Shown piece by piece: positions 39,701-51,273 of a stretch of 64,000 nucleotides of DNA. The stretch's first letter is position 1. Each line of letters begins with the position of its first letter. The DNA lies in the NCBI RefSeq assembly GCF_037042905.1, contig NC_087246.1:1986001-2050000 (forward strand), written 5' to 3'. The translations under genes and the position numbers were made by a program. The notes under the pieces were generated by a model, which was given only the letters and a program-made list of their open reading frames with translations, was not told the origin of the DNA and did not search any database. This stretch comes from Lytechinus pictus (lineage: Eukaryota).

Positions 39701-42700
39701 TACGTATTTCACTCAGATATGGTTATTGACATATGAAATCGTATGATTTTGCAATTATTTTAACGCCATATTTCCCATCCTACCATAATTATTTCATTAA
39801 AAAATAATCTAAATAACAAAATAAATAAATATATAAATAATTTGATCTTTATTTTTATCGGGGGGGGGGGGGTGTTGTCTGGAGTTGGAGTAATTTCACC
39901 TCTGTTTTGATGATAAGCGGTGAGTACTAACTTTAAAACAAGAGTCTTACAGATTTTGGCATAATATATCTTTCATCGATATGGACTACTTCCTATTTCA
40001 GGTTTCGTGAATAAAACATTATACATGTTATATCCATGAGTTATGAGCTACAAGTACAGATTATCCTGGTGATTAATAAAGTGTTTAATGATATAGGAGT
40101 CATCTTTTAACTATATACTTTCACTTTCAAGATAATTATATGTTTGTCCATCTATTATGAAGGGCTTAGTGACCAAGATTGGGAGGGGAGGACAATTATG
40201 AAAATGAATTCAAGCTCGAGTTTGGCAGATGTCTTGTCAAATACTCGATTAAATATTTTATTGTCAAGAAAATAAAAAAATAAAATATTGAATGATGTAG
40301 GAATATGAACATCCGTTTGTGATGATTTTCCTTAATGACAAAGCAAAATAAAATCCAACCTGTTAATAGTCATGACAGTCACAGAATAAATTATAACCAA
40401 CAGGGCCCAGGGAAAGATCTTTTAACATGGGGTGCGGGCTTAAATTTGTCAAGCAAAAAAAAAGAAGAAGGTTTTCACTACAAAATTTTGGCTACACTTA
40501 TGCTATTTAGTAGCATACCTATACCAGACTTCCAGGGGCGCCGCCTATGCACCACCCCAGGTAAAGTTTTGGGATGCACCCCTGCTTCCAAGGGACACGA
40601 TAACCAATCACCAATGTTACAAAAAAAATGACACGAAACTTGATGACGTTGTGTAATGGCCTATAATTCTCCACATTATGTATTCTTATCATTACTGTCG
40701 TTTGCAGAATCTGGAGTGGCGAATAAAGAACAGAATCGATTCCATTCATGATTGGTATGAAATACCTGAGGTAAGATCTTTTCTCTATTTAAATATTCTT
40801 AAAACATTCTCTTTTCCCTGTTGTTGAGCTGGGTAAATATGGATTTACTGATGAAAAGGGTTTGCATACATCTTTCCTTAAACATGTTAAAAAACATAAC
40901 ATTAGTCATTTGGAAAAAAGCGTGCAGAGACAGGTCCACAAAGTCATGTGATCATGGACATTAAAACTTTGTAGAAATAATAGTAATATTATTCAATTTT
41001 CACATCATGAGGGGTCATAATGGATAATTTGATGAAACGCGTGTAAAGACCTATAGTTTTTATATAAATGATAAAATTTTGTATAGCAATTTCTCACAGC
41101 ATAGTCCTAATAGATGTCAGGTTTCAAAACTATCCAATGTTACTTTATCTGACTTGTTACGGTTGCCAAGTTATTACCGCCTGTATTTGGTACTGCATTG
41201 CCTATCAGTGATTCAGAACCTAGCAACCCGAATCGTCCTATTTTCATGAATTAAATACCAAAATGTGCTTTAAGTTTGAATATATTAGTAAAACGATTTG
41301 ACACGTGAATGAATATGACGGTACCATCCCAGGGGATATGAATTTGCTGCAGACAATTTATAAAAATATAACTCGCTCCATTAGTCCGACAGTATAATTC
41401 AAATTTCCCCTTTTAATTTATTTTAGGCATATAGTTTTTATGCAGGGGATTTACTCTGACGTGTTGACTGTATGGAGGTATAACATCTGTAGTTTTTACA
41501 CCTGCCGTTTTTACCTCTGCCATTTATACCTCTGCCATTTTTGCCTCTTACATTTTTATACTGAACCGCACAGATAAATGGCGTAATTCAAAGTTTAGTA
41601 CTTCGATGTTAGATTCTGGCTTCGTTTTTTTTAATGTTGACAAAAATATGTTTTATTTGTAGATGGGTTATAACTCACAAGGTTTGGGACGTTTGTATAA
41701 ATGGTCAGTACAGAATCAGTAAAAGTTATATGGATTATGCCTAATCGGTGCCGGGTAAAAATGGCAGAGGTAAAAATGGCAGAGGTAATAATGGCAAGGG
41801 TAAAAATGGCAGAGGTAAAAATGGCAGAGGTAATAATGGCAGAGGTAAAAATGGCAGAGGTAATAATGGCAGAGGCAAAAATGACAGAGGTAAAGATCAT
41901 GACATGCTAGATCAGCAATAAAAAGATAGAGACTTTCCAGTTAATATCAGTCATAATTATTGACCTTGAATGAACTCCTATCGACAAAATGAGTATTATG
42001 AACTGATGAGATATTATTTGGATTTTTCTTTTAATTTAGGTCTATACTTTATCGTTGATATGATTAAACTCAAACATTTTCATGCCAAAATGATTTCAAT
42101 TAGTGAGTGATGGAAGGATTTATCTTGGCCAGTTCGTATAGTAGAACAGTACTTCATCACATAAATACCAAACGAATTGTAATGTAAACACGAATGTGCG
42201 CTACCATTAACACACTGAAATAGACGAGTTCGGGATTTCTTTGAACCACTTGCATAACTTGGATAATAGAAAAACAACAAAACGTTCTGTAATAAAAGTA
42301 ATTTTTCATATTTCAACATCACAATGGATCCGAATAGATATTGATAGGATACGTATATACTTAAATGTAAATGATATAATAATATCAACTAGTGTTCATT
42401 TTTTCAGAGTTATACCTTTATTACAGCTAATCAAAGTGGATATCAGTTTCCTTAACTAGTTTCTATGGTTACGGTTACCGCATGGATTTTGAATTGTAGC
42501 GAATCAGGAATTTAAATTTATCTGTTTATAGGTGTTTCTTATAGGTACCATTCTATCGACCTGATTTGAAGGGGAAATTCACCCTGACAAATGGTTTACT
42601 GTGAAAATAGCATAAAAAATATATTGATGAAGGTTTGCGGAAAGCCCATCAAAGATTAAGAAATTATTAGAAGTTTGAGTTTTTGATCTGTGACGTGATA

Positions 42701-45700
42701 GTAACTACAACGTATTTTATGCACTAAAATTTCTACTTTTCAATTTTTTTAATCAGTGGTTCATGATCGCTAATAAAAAATCTTTCAGGAGCGGATGTGA
42801 AATTATTTGTATGTTAATATACTTAAGGTACAATTCAAACCATTTTCATTTTTTTTTTAGAAAATGACATTTCATTGATATTTTTAATTACACCATATAT
42901 GGGGAAAACTGCTCGCAAATAACGTCCCCTTAACGTAAAATTTTAGTAGCTTTTTAAATCTTTGATGGATTCCCTAAACCCCTCACCAATATCATTTTAA
43001 TAAACTTTATGTCAGTGTGAATTTCCCTATTAATGAATTAAGTACAATATTTGTGTTCTTCAAATTTGAATATTAGAAGAGCAATTTGACATAAGAAGGT
43101 CGTGCATGTAAGTTAAGGAAAAAAAAAGAAATACCAACTCAAGTGTTATCATTTTTACCTCTGCCAGTATTACCTCTGCCATTATTACCGCTGATATTTA
43201 TTCCTCTGCCATTTTTACCTTTGCCATTTTTACCTCTGCCATTTTTACCTCTGCCATTTTTACCTTTGCCATTTTTACCTCTGCCATTTTTACCTCTGCC
43301 ATTTTTACCTCTGCCATTTTTACCTTTGCAATCTTTACCTCTGCCATTTTTACCTTTGCCATTTTTACCTCTGCCATTTTCACCTCTGCCATTTTTACCT
43401 CTGCCATTTGTACCTTTGCCATTTTTACCTCTGCCATTTTTACCTCTGCCATTTTTACCTCTGCCATTTTTACCTTTGCCATTTTTACCTCTGCCATTTT
43501 CACCTCTGCCATTTTTACACCGAGCCGATAAACTGCGAACAATTTGTCTTGCCTATAAACAAAGCATATAAGATTATAATTACTAGACTAGGTGTTATGA
43601 AAAGAGCTGGACCAACCCAGTATAAGGAGGTGGTGGTTGTTGCTACATCAGGCAGACAACTTTGTAATGATTGGGATCGCCTGCTGAAACCGGGTTTGTT
43701 TAAATTTTGAATACATGACCTTGTGTGTTACTTTATATTTTATGTTAGACAAAAAGACAACGACAACGTTAATCTTATTCCCCCTCAACCTTTCTTTTAT
43801 TTTATTTTTTACTTATAATTCTCAGGCTTGCTTGAAGTATTGGCCAGGAGGAGCTACCGGATTGGACAAAGAAGGTCACGTGGTGTGGATATGCCCTCTT
43901 GGTAACGTCGATCCCAAAGGTAGATGAAAAAACACACATGCTTTCATTCATCTATGTAACAGATGCCAAAATATCTTTAAAAGAAGGTCTTATCAAACAT
44001 ATTCAATTTAAATTAATGATGTCGTTTTCGTGAATGTTAGTACTGGCAGAAGTTGTATTATGAAATCCTTCTTCGTTTGTGAAAAGGGCTCCTATTTCTT
44101 TGTTAGATCTTAATCACGGTTCAAAGAGAAAAAATATCAAGTAATGTATGAATTGTATTATGTTACATTTTACTTCCTTGATTTTCCCAATATGACACGG
44201 GACATCAGTTTCTTATGTATCATATGCATGCATGTTATGCGTGTGATTATATAACTATTTTGTAATCTGATTATTATCCTATAGTTCTATTTCTTGATGT
44301 CTTGTTAACACATTTGCTGCAAATCTCTATATGAAGGAGGAAAAAGGAACACAAAACCAAAGATCAATTCATATTTACGATCTTTTTTTCTCCCTCAGGA
44401 CTGCTCTACTCGGTAAAAGCTGGAGACATCATCAAAACAAATATCAGCATCTTGGAGAGATTACAAAATGAACAGAAAGTCATTTCTAGAAAGGTAACTT
44501 TTTGTAATCAATGTACATTTATGAATTTTTATGACACTTCTAGAATACGAAACAAAACAATTATGTTTAGATTTCATGTAACCTTGGTTACTATGTGCTC
44601 TGATCGGTTATTATTTAAGAATTTAAAGAAATTTTAAACAAACATTTAACGTTGTAAAAAGCAATGTTGTTCATTTTGTTATCTTATTCGTAGGCGTTTT
44701 TTTTTTATTGTGAAGTGGAAATAGGGAAATAGAATGGAGGAGTTAAAAGATTGAGGAACAAAGTTAGAGCGGGGTAGCATTGTCGAATAGGGGGGGGGGG
44801 GTTGTTTAATCAACATATTCTTCGATCAGCTACTTGAAGATTTGTTTTTGTGAGGGCGGGTTAGTTTTAAGTCTTAAGCTAAAGTACTTGTTATCTTTAT
44901 TGCTACAAAAATATTATATATTTCATAAGGACCAAATCAAATATGTCAGCGTGAAGAAGGACTTACGAGCTGATTTTTGAAAAAAATATATATAATTTAT
45001 TTCCTATAGTTAGACCTCAAAAAAGAATAATTCTGAATTTGTTTTTTTAATCATGAACTGGATTTGTATTTCACTAATAAACAAGCGCTGAATTTGTTAA
45101 TATATTGACCCCAAAAGGGGACATTTTCGGAACTGTTTGTAGGGATTGATGAAGAGGGTATGCATTCCACTACTATAAAAAAGTGCACCGCCCAAGGGGG
45201 GGGGGGGGATAGCGGGCGGCTGGGAGCTTCGTCCCCCACGAACCTATTACATAGGTCCATGCCCCCTGGATCTGCCTATATATGGGGTTCGGGGAGGGGA
45301 AGAGAGCTAAATTAATGTGTGAATTTGATTGGAAAGTTAACAAGACGAAGGAGAACAGCTTTGCTTTATATTGATTCATATTGATTAACCTAACATAAAA
45401 TATTTGTTGAAATGACTATTGATTCGAATCCCTATAGCTTGGCCGTCACATTGAAGGTGTCACATTCATCATAGATCTTGAACACCTGAATGCAGGCCAC
45501 ATATGGAAACCAGGAATGACAGTCATGACAGAGGTCTGGTATCATTTACATTCTTCTATTAGTGTCTTTTGCTTGGTCAAAATAATAAAAATGTCTCACT
45601 GGCGAACAGATGGGTAGGGGGGCTCTTCCCCTAAAAATTTCCACGACCAAGAAAAAAAATAGAAAATGAAAGAAAAAGAAAGAGAAAATCGTGAAATATG

Positions 45701-48700
45701 ATATAATTTTCTGAAAATTATGTAAAAAATATATTACAAAATTTGATTTTTGTAACAAAAATGTCGAAATTTTTGCTCGCTCGCTTCGCTTGCAACTTAT
45801 ATAAAAAAAAAAAATTACGCGATACGCCATATTTAACTCCTTTACAGCTTTTGGTTCATTACGCAACTGATACTCCCCGATAAAAATGAAGAAAGAAAAA
45901 TATCCATAATAATGAGAAAATTAAATTGATGTTGACCATTATAAATTTTTACTGGTCAAACAAAATTTCACTAACACATTGGTTTCCAGTTATCCTCGTA
46001 TGAATGCCAAAGATGTATGTAGTTGTGTATCAACCTAATAAAATAACAAAATAAAATTCTATTTAAAAAACGGATTTGTGTTTATTGTTGAATAATTTTA
46101 CCGAACTTTAACACGGATTCTTGTTTTCATCCTTTTTATTCCCAACTTGAATCAGAGTAGACTTGGATAAATAAAATTCGAGATAAGATCAAACAAGAAG
46201 ATTGAAATACTCGTTACAAGAATTCAGAAAAAATCGCTATAGTTTACAAATGTTTACTTAGAATTTTCACAATTAGTGACACTTTAAATAGTTATGACAA
46301 AACAAACCTGAAATATTTGTACTGGTAAATATGATTTGAACAAGTTCCAAAACTTTATCATCTGTGATATTATGTTTTTAATATACCGTGATTTTTAACC
46401 ACTATAGGTCGCTGCGTTGTTTGAAGAACATTATCCAGAGATCATTCATAAAATGCTGATAGTCCGACCGACTAAGATATTTCCTGCAGTCTATTTCATC
46501 CTGAAACCATTCCTCAGTGAAGGAACAAGAGCAAAGATTAAAGTACTAGGAGGTTTGTCTTACTCACATTCACATTCATGACATTGGCACCATCACATTC
46601 GTAATTATAGTTTTTTTTAAATTAAAGTTCCTGTTGTTCCCCTTCTTCCATTTATTCCTCACCCCTTTTCCTTCTTCTTCTTCTTCTCCGATTGAAACTT
46701 GAAGTAAATGTGTTACACTGTTCAGTGAAATTTTGAAAAGCTACTTGCATTTTACTTAATCTAGTTTATGTCTCAACTTGACCAAACTTGACCATAATTA
46801 TAATCATAATGATTTTCGGATTATTTTGTTTAATAGGTAACTGGCGTGATGTCATCCTGAAACACATAGATCCAGAAGTACTTCCGGTTTACTGGGGAGG
46901 AACCATGACAGATACTGATGGCAATCCTAACATGTGTCCTTCAAAGGTGTCTATTCATATACCTCGATTTCGTTTGTACCAAAATAACTATGAACTATAC
47001 AAATCTTACTTTGTTTTCGGACTATCGTAGTATCGACCTTCGAATAAAAAATCTTTGAGATAGTTATGGACTAATAAACAATAAAGTACTGCTCTGAGTT
47101 GCCCATACCCTTACTTCTCGAAAGGTATATATCCATGGTTTAAAGGACAAGTCAACCCCAACAACATGTTGATTGGGAATAAAAAGAGAAAAATCCAACA
47201 AACATAACACTGAAAGTTTCATCAAAATCGGTTGTAAAATAAGAAAGTTATGACATTTTAAAGTTTGCTTAATTTCACGAAACAGTATATATGCACATCT
47301 TGGTCGGTATGCAAATGAGGAGACTGATGACGTCATCCACTCACTCTTTTTTTTTGTATTTTATAATATATGAAATATAAAATATTCTAAGTTTATCCTC
47401 ATTGTCGAGTGATACGATTAATTCATCCCTGAACCCGTGGAATTAGCATTTTAATACAATATGGTTCAGTCAAGTTGGTCCTTATTGTCAAATATGTAAA
47501 AAAATGAAATATTGTATAATTCAAACAATAAAAAAAAAAATGGTGAGTGAAGGACATCATCATTACTGTCTCATATGCATGTCACTGAATTGTGCATAAT
47601 TATCACTGTTTTGTGAAAAATAGGCGAAACTTTAAAATGTCATAACTTTCTTATTTAAGATCCGATTTTTATGAGATTTTCAGTGCTAAGCTAGCTTTAT
47701 TTTATTCGAATCAACGTTTTTCTGGGGTGGACTTGACCTTTAAAAACCCATTTTTGCTAAAGGCAATTATATTCCATTAAACGACACTACTCGTGCAGAA
47801 AATAAATTTCACTAATTTTCTTGTCATTTAACAGATTAATCTTGGAGGTAAAGTTCCATCGTTTTATTTCAAGAAGGGAAGTGATCTGACACATTCTGAT
47901 ATGACATCTCAACAGCTTCCGGGTAAGAGGTCAATAGAGGTCAAGTACAAGGTCAAGACACTTGGCAGCATATTCAGGTAAATTGCGTGTCGTTTTGAAG
48001 ATCATTATACTTGTAGTTTCAGAGCCCTCTCCACGCCCCCTCCCCTGATTTCTATATCCCCCTCCTTTTTTTCTCCCGACCTGTCTCCCCAATCTATTAC
48101 TTCATCAAGGATACTATATTCCAGTCTCCATAACTTTGTATCAATTTTGCATGCTGATATTGTAATGAATTTTCACTGAGATACCGAAACGAGAAAAGTT
48201 ATCGGTGATGATTTTTTATACTTTCAGTATTTTTTTTCAATAATTTGGTTTAAAAGTCTGTATTTTATTTAACGTAACTATTGAGTTTCATCCCCACGTT
48301 AAAATTCCCTTTCTTTCAAAATCATCCACCTAACTTCTTATATCTTATTTATTCAAATAAACTTGTTGACTATATAAAAACAGCTAACATACCCCAAAGA
48401 GATTCATCTGATTGGTAGGAATCAATTCCAACAAACTTTCATTTTTCCACAATCAATTTGGTTTTTACCTTGTGAGCTTTCGCCTACTCGTTCTGCAGGC
48501 TTCTTCAGACTAACGCTGACTCGACGTAGATGGGGTAGTATCGGCAGCGCGGAAGTCCGTGAGAATGGGAATGTATTGTCCAGCGTCTCTGTTCATGGAA
48601 TGTGCCTGGTTTTCTGAATATGAATGGCCTCCCTAATAAATCTCAACAGGGGTGGAATACGAAATTTCTTGATAGGATTGCAACAAGGTGTATATTAGGG

Positions 48701-51228
48701 AAAACTGCGAGGAAGTTTGGAATACTGGATGCGGATTCGAACACCAAAAATAAGCAGAGACGCTTAGCAAAGCCAACTTCACAAGAAAGAAAGATGCAGA
48801 GTCTTAGTGACCATGTAGTGCATGTAGTCCAAATGAACCACACGATAAATTGGAATAAGAGTCACCTCTTAGCTTGAGACGACAACAAATACACTGGATG
48901 GATTAGGGAGGCCATTCACATCCAGAAGAACCAAGCACATTCCATGAACAGAGACGCTGGACAATACAAACTCTCTTCTACGTATATATTCCCATTCTCA
49001 CGGACTTCCACGCTGCCGATACTACCCCATCTATGTCGAGTCAGCGTTAGTCTGAAGAAGCCTGCAGAACGAGTAAACGAAAGCTCAGATGGTAAAAACC
49101 AAATTGATTGTGGAAAGATGAAAATTTGTTGGAGCTAACAAACCCGACTGATTTTATATTCATGTTGACTTATCAGATCGATTTTTTAAGATAGCCGATA
49201 CTAGGGTTTTAGTCAAGTGATCTTTATCAGTTATTAGATTCGGACAGATTTTTTTCGAAGGTCGATACTACGATAGTTCGAAAACAAAGTAAGATTGGTA
49301 TAGTTTATAGTTATTTTTGTACAAACCAAATTGAGGAACAGAAAAACCGATATTATTATATTTTCGGATTAATGAAGCACTCATTTTCATTTTTGCAATA
49401 AACATATTTCAGAATAATGAACCTTTTGAATAACGAGCGTTAACTTATATTTCCTTTGTGTTGGTTAGATATGAATTCAAAACTGAATCTCATGATATCG
49501 CATTTGGGATTCATCGGTTGTTGGATTCAGGGGAGAAGATCTCCATACTTGATGAGAAACGATACAACAGTCACATCGTGCCTGAAGATGGAGAGGTACT
49601 ATTTGAAGAACCAGGATTGTGTAAGTATTATATTCATATTCGTTTTATAAGTTAATAGTAGGGAGTATTCGCGCTGCGGCGAAGGACGAATTCAAGAATA
49701 CAATGGATATACTGAAAATGCCCGTCAAATTACAATGAACAGCTGAGAAGTCTTTGTCGGAAATTGGTGAACCGGGACAGCGGTTTCGTCCTAAGTTTCG
49801 GAGCTGAAAAAAATGGCAAATGCGTCGTTGTCCAGAGTCCAGGACGAAACGGCTGGTTTGGATCACAAATTTACAACACAGACTTCTTGGTTGCCCTTTG
49901 TCATGACGGGCATTTGACAATGCATTGTCTTTGTTCTTAAAAGCGTTCTGCTTCGTGGTGCGTAAACTCCTAATGCTACACTCGCACCAGCGAATTCGAC
50001 TCCTCAAAACAATTATATATAATAAAATATTGATCAGCTGGAGTTTGGTTGGTGTGAGTAAATAGCATGAAACCATTAAATTTGCTAAGAATTAATTTGA
50101 ACGTGCGTTGACTGGTGTAAAAATTGATAATAAAGCCAAACACCTTTTATACGCAAATCTAAAATATATCAGAATAGATTTATCTAATTGTTTGAAAGAA
50201 ACGGATATGAATATTAAAGAAAAAGTATAAGAATATATAAAGTTATTACTTACTAGATGAATAGAGATCTGTCTTAATGAAGAGTTGTCGATGCCTGACA
50301 AGTCGACTTCTTTGGGGGTAAGAATAGAAGATGAATTGTTAACATGCATTTGGCAAGTCGATCTGCTAGGAATAAGGCAAGATGCCGTGCTGTTGGATAG
50401 ACTCCAACTCAATTTTTTATTCCTAGTAAATTCTATAGTAGTTGAAAGGATCGATTGATTTAAATTGTCCCGTTTTTTGTCCAGATCAGCTGTAAGCTAG
50501 CCCTACACTCGGAGAAGTAAAAAACCGCATGCAGACTTCCCAATATATATAGTTCTCCGATAAAGGGGTAGATTTTGTGCGACAGAGTCCGACCTGAGAC
50601 TTGTAAAGAAGAACATATTGGCTCGCATCACGGTCTACTGAGTCTAACTCTGTGCTCAAATTATGGAGAGCAAAACAAAAACTTTTTATATTATATACTT
50701 CTTATGTTTACTATTTTGTTTCCTTTTGCTTTCATATTCAGGAAATATACTTCAGTTATCATTCCAAGACAATTATGAATAATTTGGGTGTCATATGGGG
50801 ATTTGTGCCCTAATGATTGGCTCTCCATAGTTAAACCACGTGCCAATATAATACTTTTTTACAAAAGCAGGTGTTCTCTCTCCATCTTCCTTTCCTATTC
50901 TCTCTCTCTCTCTCTATTTACTTTTGATTCTTGATAAATTCATCTCCTTGCAGATGTGGTGAAATTCGACAACCACGGCAGTACCTTCCAGAAGACCCGA
51001 AAGCTTAGCTACTGGATGGAGGTGATTGAACCACGTCTTGAGGTCAATGAACACATGATGAGAGAATCATTTGACGACATCACAAGAGACAGTGGCTACC
51101 TCGACGATAGAGGTCCGATGTCGAGACATAGGTCGACGTCATTAGAACGATCATCGACCTTACCTCGTCTTCAAACCCATACTCAAGGACCAATGAAAGG
51201 GCTGTCGCATACACCATCTTTCTCTTAA
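36728..51228 (+). CDS. SEC14L2: SEC14-like protein 2/3/4 family (CRAL-TRIO + GOLD) gene, 12 coding exons, 1341 nt / 446 aa
   Basis: join(36728..36781,37173..37242,39210..39253,40708..40770,43826..43919,44399..44493,45438..45533,46408..46552,46837..46946,47835..47977,49469..49620,50954..51228). All GT-AG, phases consistent. The symbol names the family, not proven one-to-one orthology. Confidence 0.92.
37173..37242 (+). CDS. SEC14L exon 2 ([23 protein letters not shown])
   Basis: ctcag|...AG|gtgaga; DD..LLRFLR is the CRAL-TRIO N-terminal motif. Confidence 0.92.
37900..38176. repeat. Small foldback of CACAGTGTG-type units
   Basis: CACAGTGTG units at left are mirrored by CACACTGTG units at right. 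Confidence 0.6.
38338..38598. repeat. Small foldback MITE of GGACATCTACCCC tandem units
   Basis: Left units GGACATCTACCCC mirrored by GGGGTAGATGTCC. Confidence 0.8.
39210..39253 (+). CDS. SEC14L exon 3 ([15 protein letters not shown])
   Basis: atag|...CAG|gtaaga; continues LLRFLR-AR.F. Confidence 0.9.
40708..40770 (+). CDS. SEC14L exon 4 ([21 protein letters not shown])
   Basis: tgcag|...GAG|gtaaga. Confidence 0.9.
41746..43527. mobile_element. TIR element with 15-bp subterminal tandem arrays (ATGGCAGAGGTAAAA / TTTTACCTCTGCCAT), AT TSD; contains an old Kolobok-type MITE (~42568-43033)
   Basis: at|CGGTGCCGGGTAAAAATGGC ... GCCATTTTTACACCGAGCCG|at; an orphan arm of the same family lies at ~41490-41568. 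Confidence 0.7.
43826..43919 (+). CDS. SEC14L exon 5 ([31 protein letters not shown])
   Basis: ctcag|...AAG|gt; G.DKEG and G..DPKG motifs. Confidence 0.93.
44399..44493 (+). CDS. SEC14L exon 6 ([13 protein letters not shown]...ISRK)
   Basis: ctcag|...AAG|gtaact. Confidence 0.9.
45438..45533 (+). CDS. SEC14L exon 7 ([32 protein letters not shown])
   Basis: atag|...GAG|gt; I.D.E.L...H.WKP motif. Confidence 0.92.
46408..46552 (+). CDS. SEC14L exon 8 (FEEHYPE...[16 protein letters not shown])
   Basis: atag|...GAG|gt; YPE and KPFL..T..KI motifs. Confidence 0.94.
46837..46946 (+). CDS. SEC14L exon 9 ([36 protein letters not shown])
   Basis: atag|...AAG|gt; LP..WGGT motif closing CRAL-TRIO. Confidence 0.94.
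47144..47739. mobile_element. Kolobok-type MITE (same family as 21993-22605)
   Basis: ttaa|AGGACAAGTCAACCCC ... GGGGTGGACTTGACCT|ttaa. Confidence 0.8.
47835..47977 (+). CDS. SEC14L exon 10 ([12 protein letters not shown]...LGSIFR), start of GOLD domain
   Basis: acag|...CAG|gtaaat; 143 nt. Confidence 0.92.
48427..49133 (+). mobile_element. 5'-truncated Penelope (Poseidon-like) element: GIY-YIG remnant between inverted terminal repeats
   Basis: 48427-48576 is the reverse complement of 48984-49133. The interior encodes frameshifted DCNKVYI(R)[38 protein letters not shown]. Confidence 0.88.
48474..48508 (-). ncRNA. Hammerhead-like core in the Penelope terminal repeat (second, stem-II-damaged copy at 49052-49086 +)
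   Basis: CUGAAGA-A-GCCUGC-agaacga-GUAGGC-GAAA-GC-UC; stem I only about 2 bp. Confidence 0.55.
49469..49620 (+). CDS. SEC14L exon 11 ([14 protein letters not shown]...[20 protein letters not shown])
   Basis: ttag|...TGT|gtaagt; GOLD motifs DI.FG and RYNSH.VPEDG. Confidence 0.94.
49710..49870 (+). repeat. Diverged copy of a dispersed repeat also at 52807-53051(+57133-57175) and 60632-60915(-)
   Basis: Shared blocks TGAAAATGCCCGTCAAAT and CAGAGTCCAGGACGA. Confidence 0.75.
50954..51228 (+). CDS. SEC14L exon 12 (YVVKFDN...; Ser/Arg-rich C-terminal tail)
   Basis: tgcag|AT GTG; GOLD-ending motif Y...FDN; TAA at 51226-51228. Confidence 0.9.
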
Positions 51229-51244
51229 ATTAAAAACTGTGAAA

Positions 51245-51250
51245 AATAAA
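51245..51250 (+). promoter_or_regulatory. Candidate polyadenylation signal AATAAA
   Basis: Hexamer starts 17 nt after the SEC14L stop; usage unproven. Confidence 0.35.
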
Positions 51251-51273
51251 GGTGTTGAGAATGGTCCAGTAGC

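Larger units (their letters stand above)
46962..49336. repeat. ~92-bp inverted repeat pair (46962-47054 / 49246-49336) bracketing SEC14L exon 10
   Basis: By-eye alignment gives about 6 substitutions and one short indel. Confidence 0.88.

Noticed and set aside
43143..43571. ORFs of repeated LPLPF / KMAEV / FYLCH (also 41631-41910)
   Set aside because: Translations of a 15-bp tandem array inside an intron; open in several frames on both strands.
50090..50460. Coding-looking stretch with two stops in SEC14L intron 11
   Set aside because: No recognisable motif or splice support; cannot be assigned without a search.
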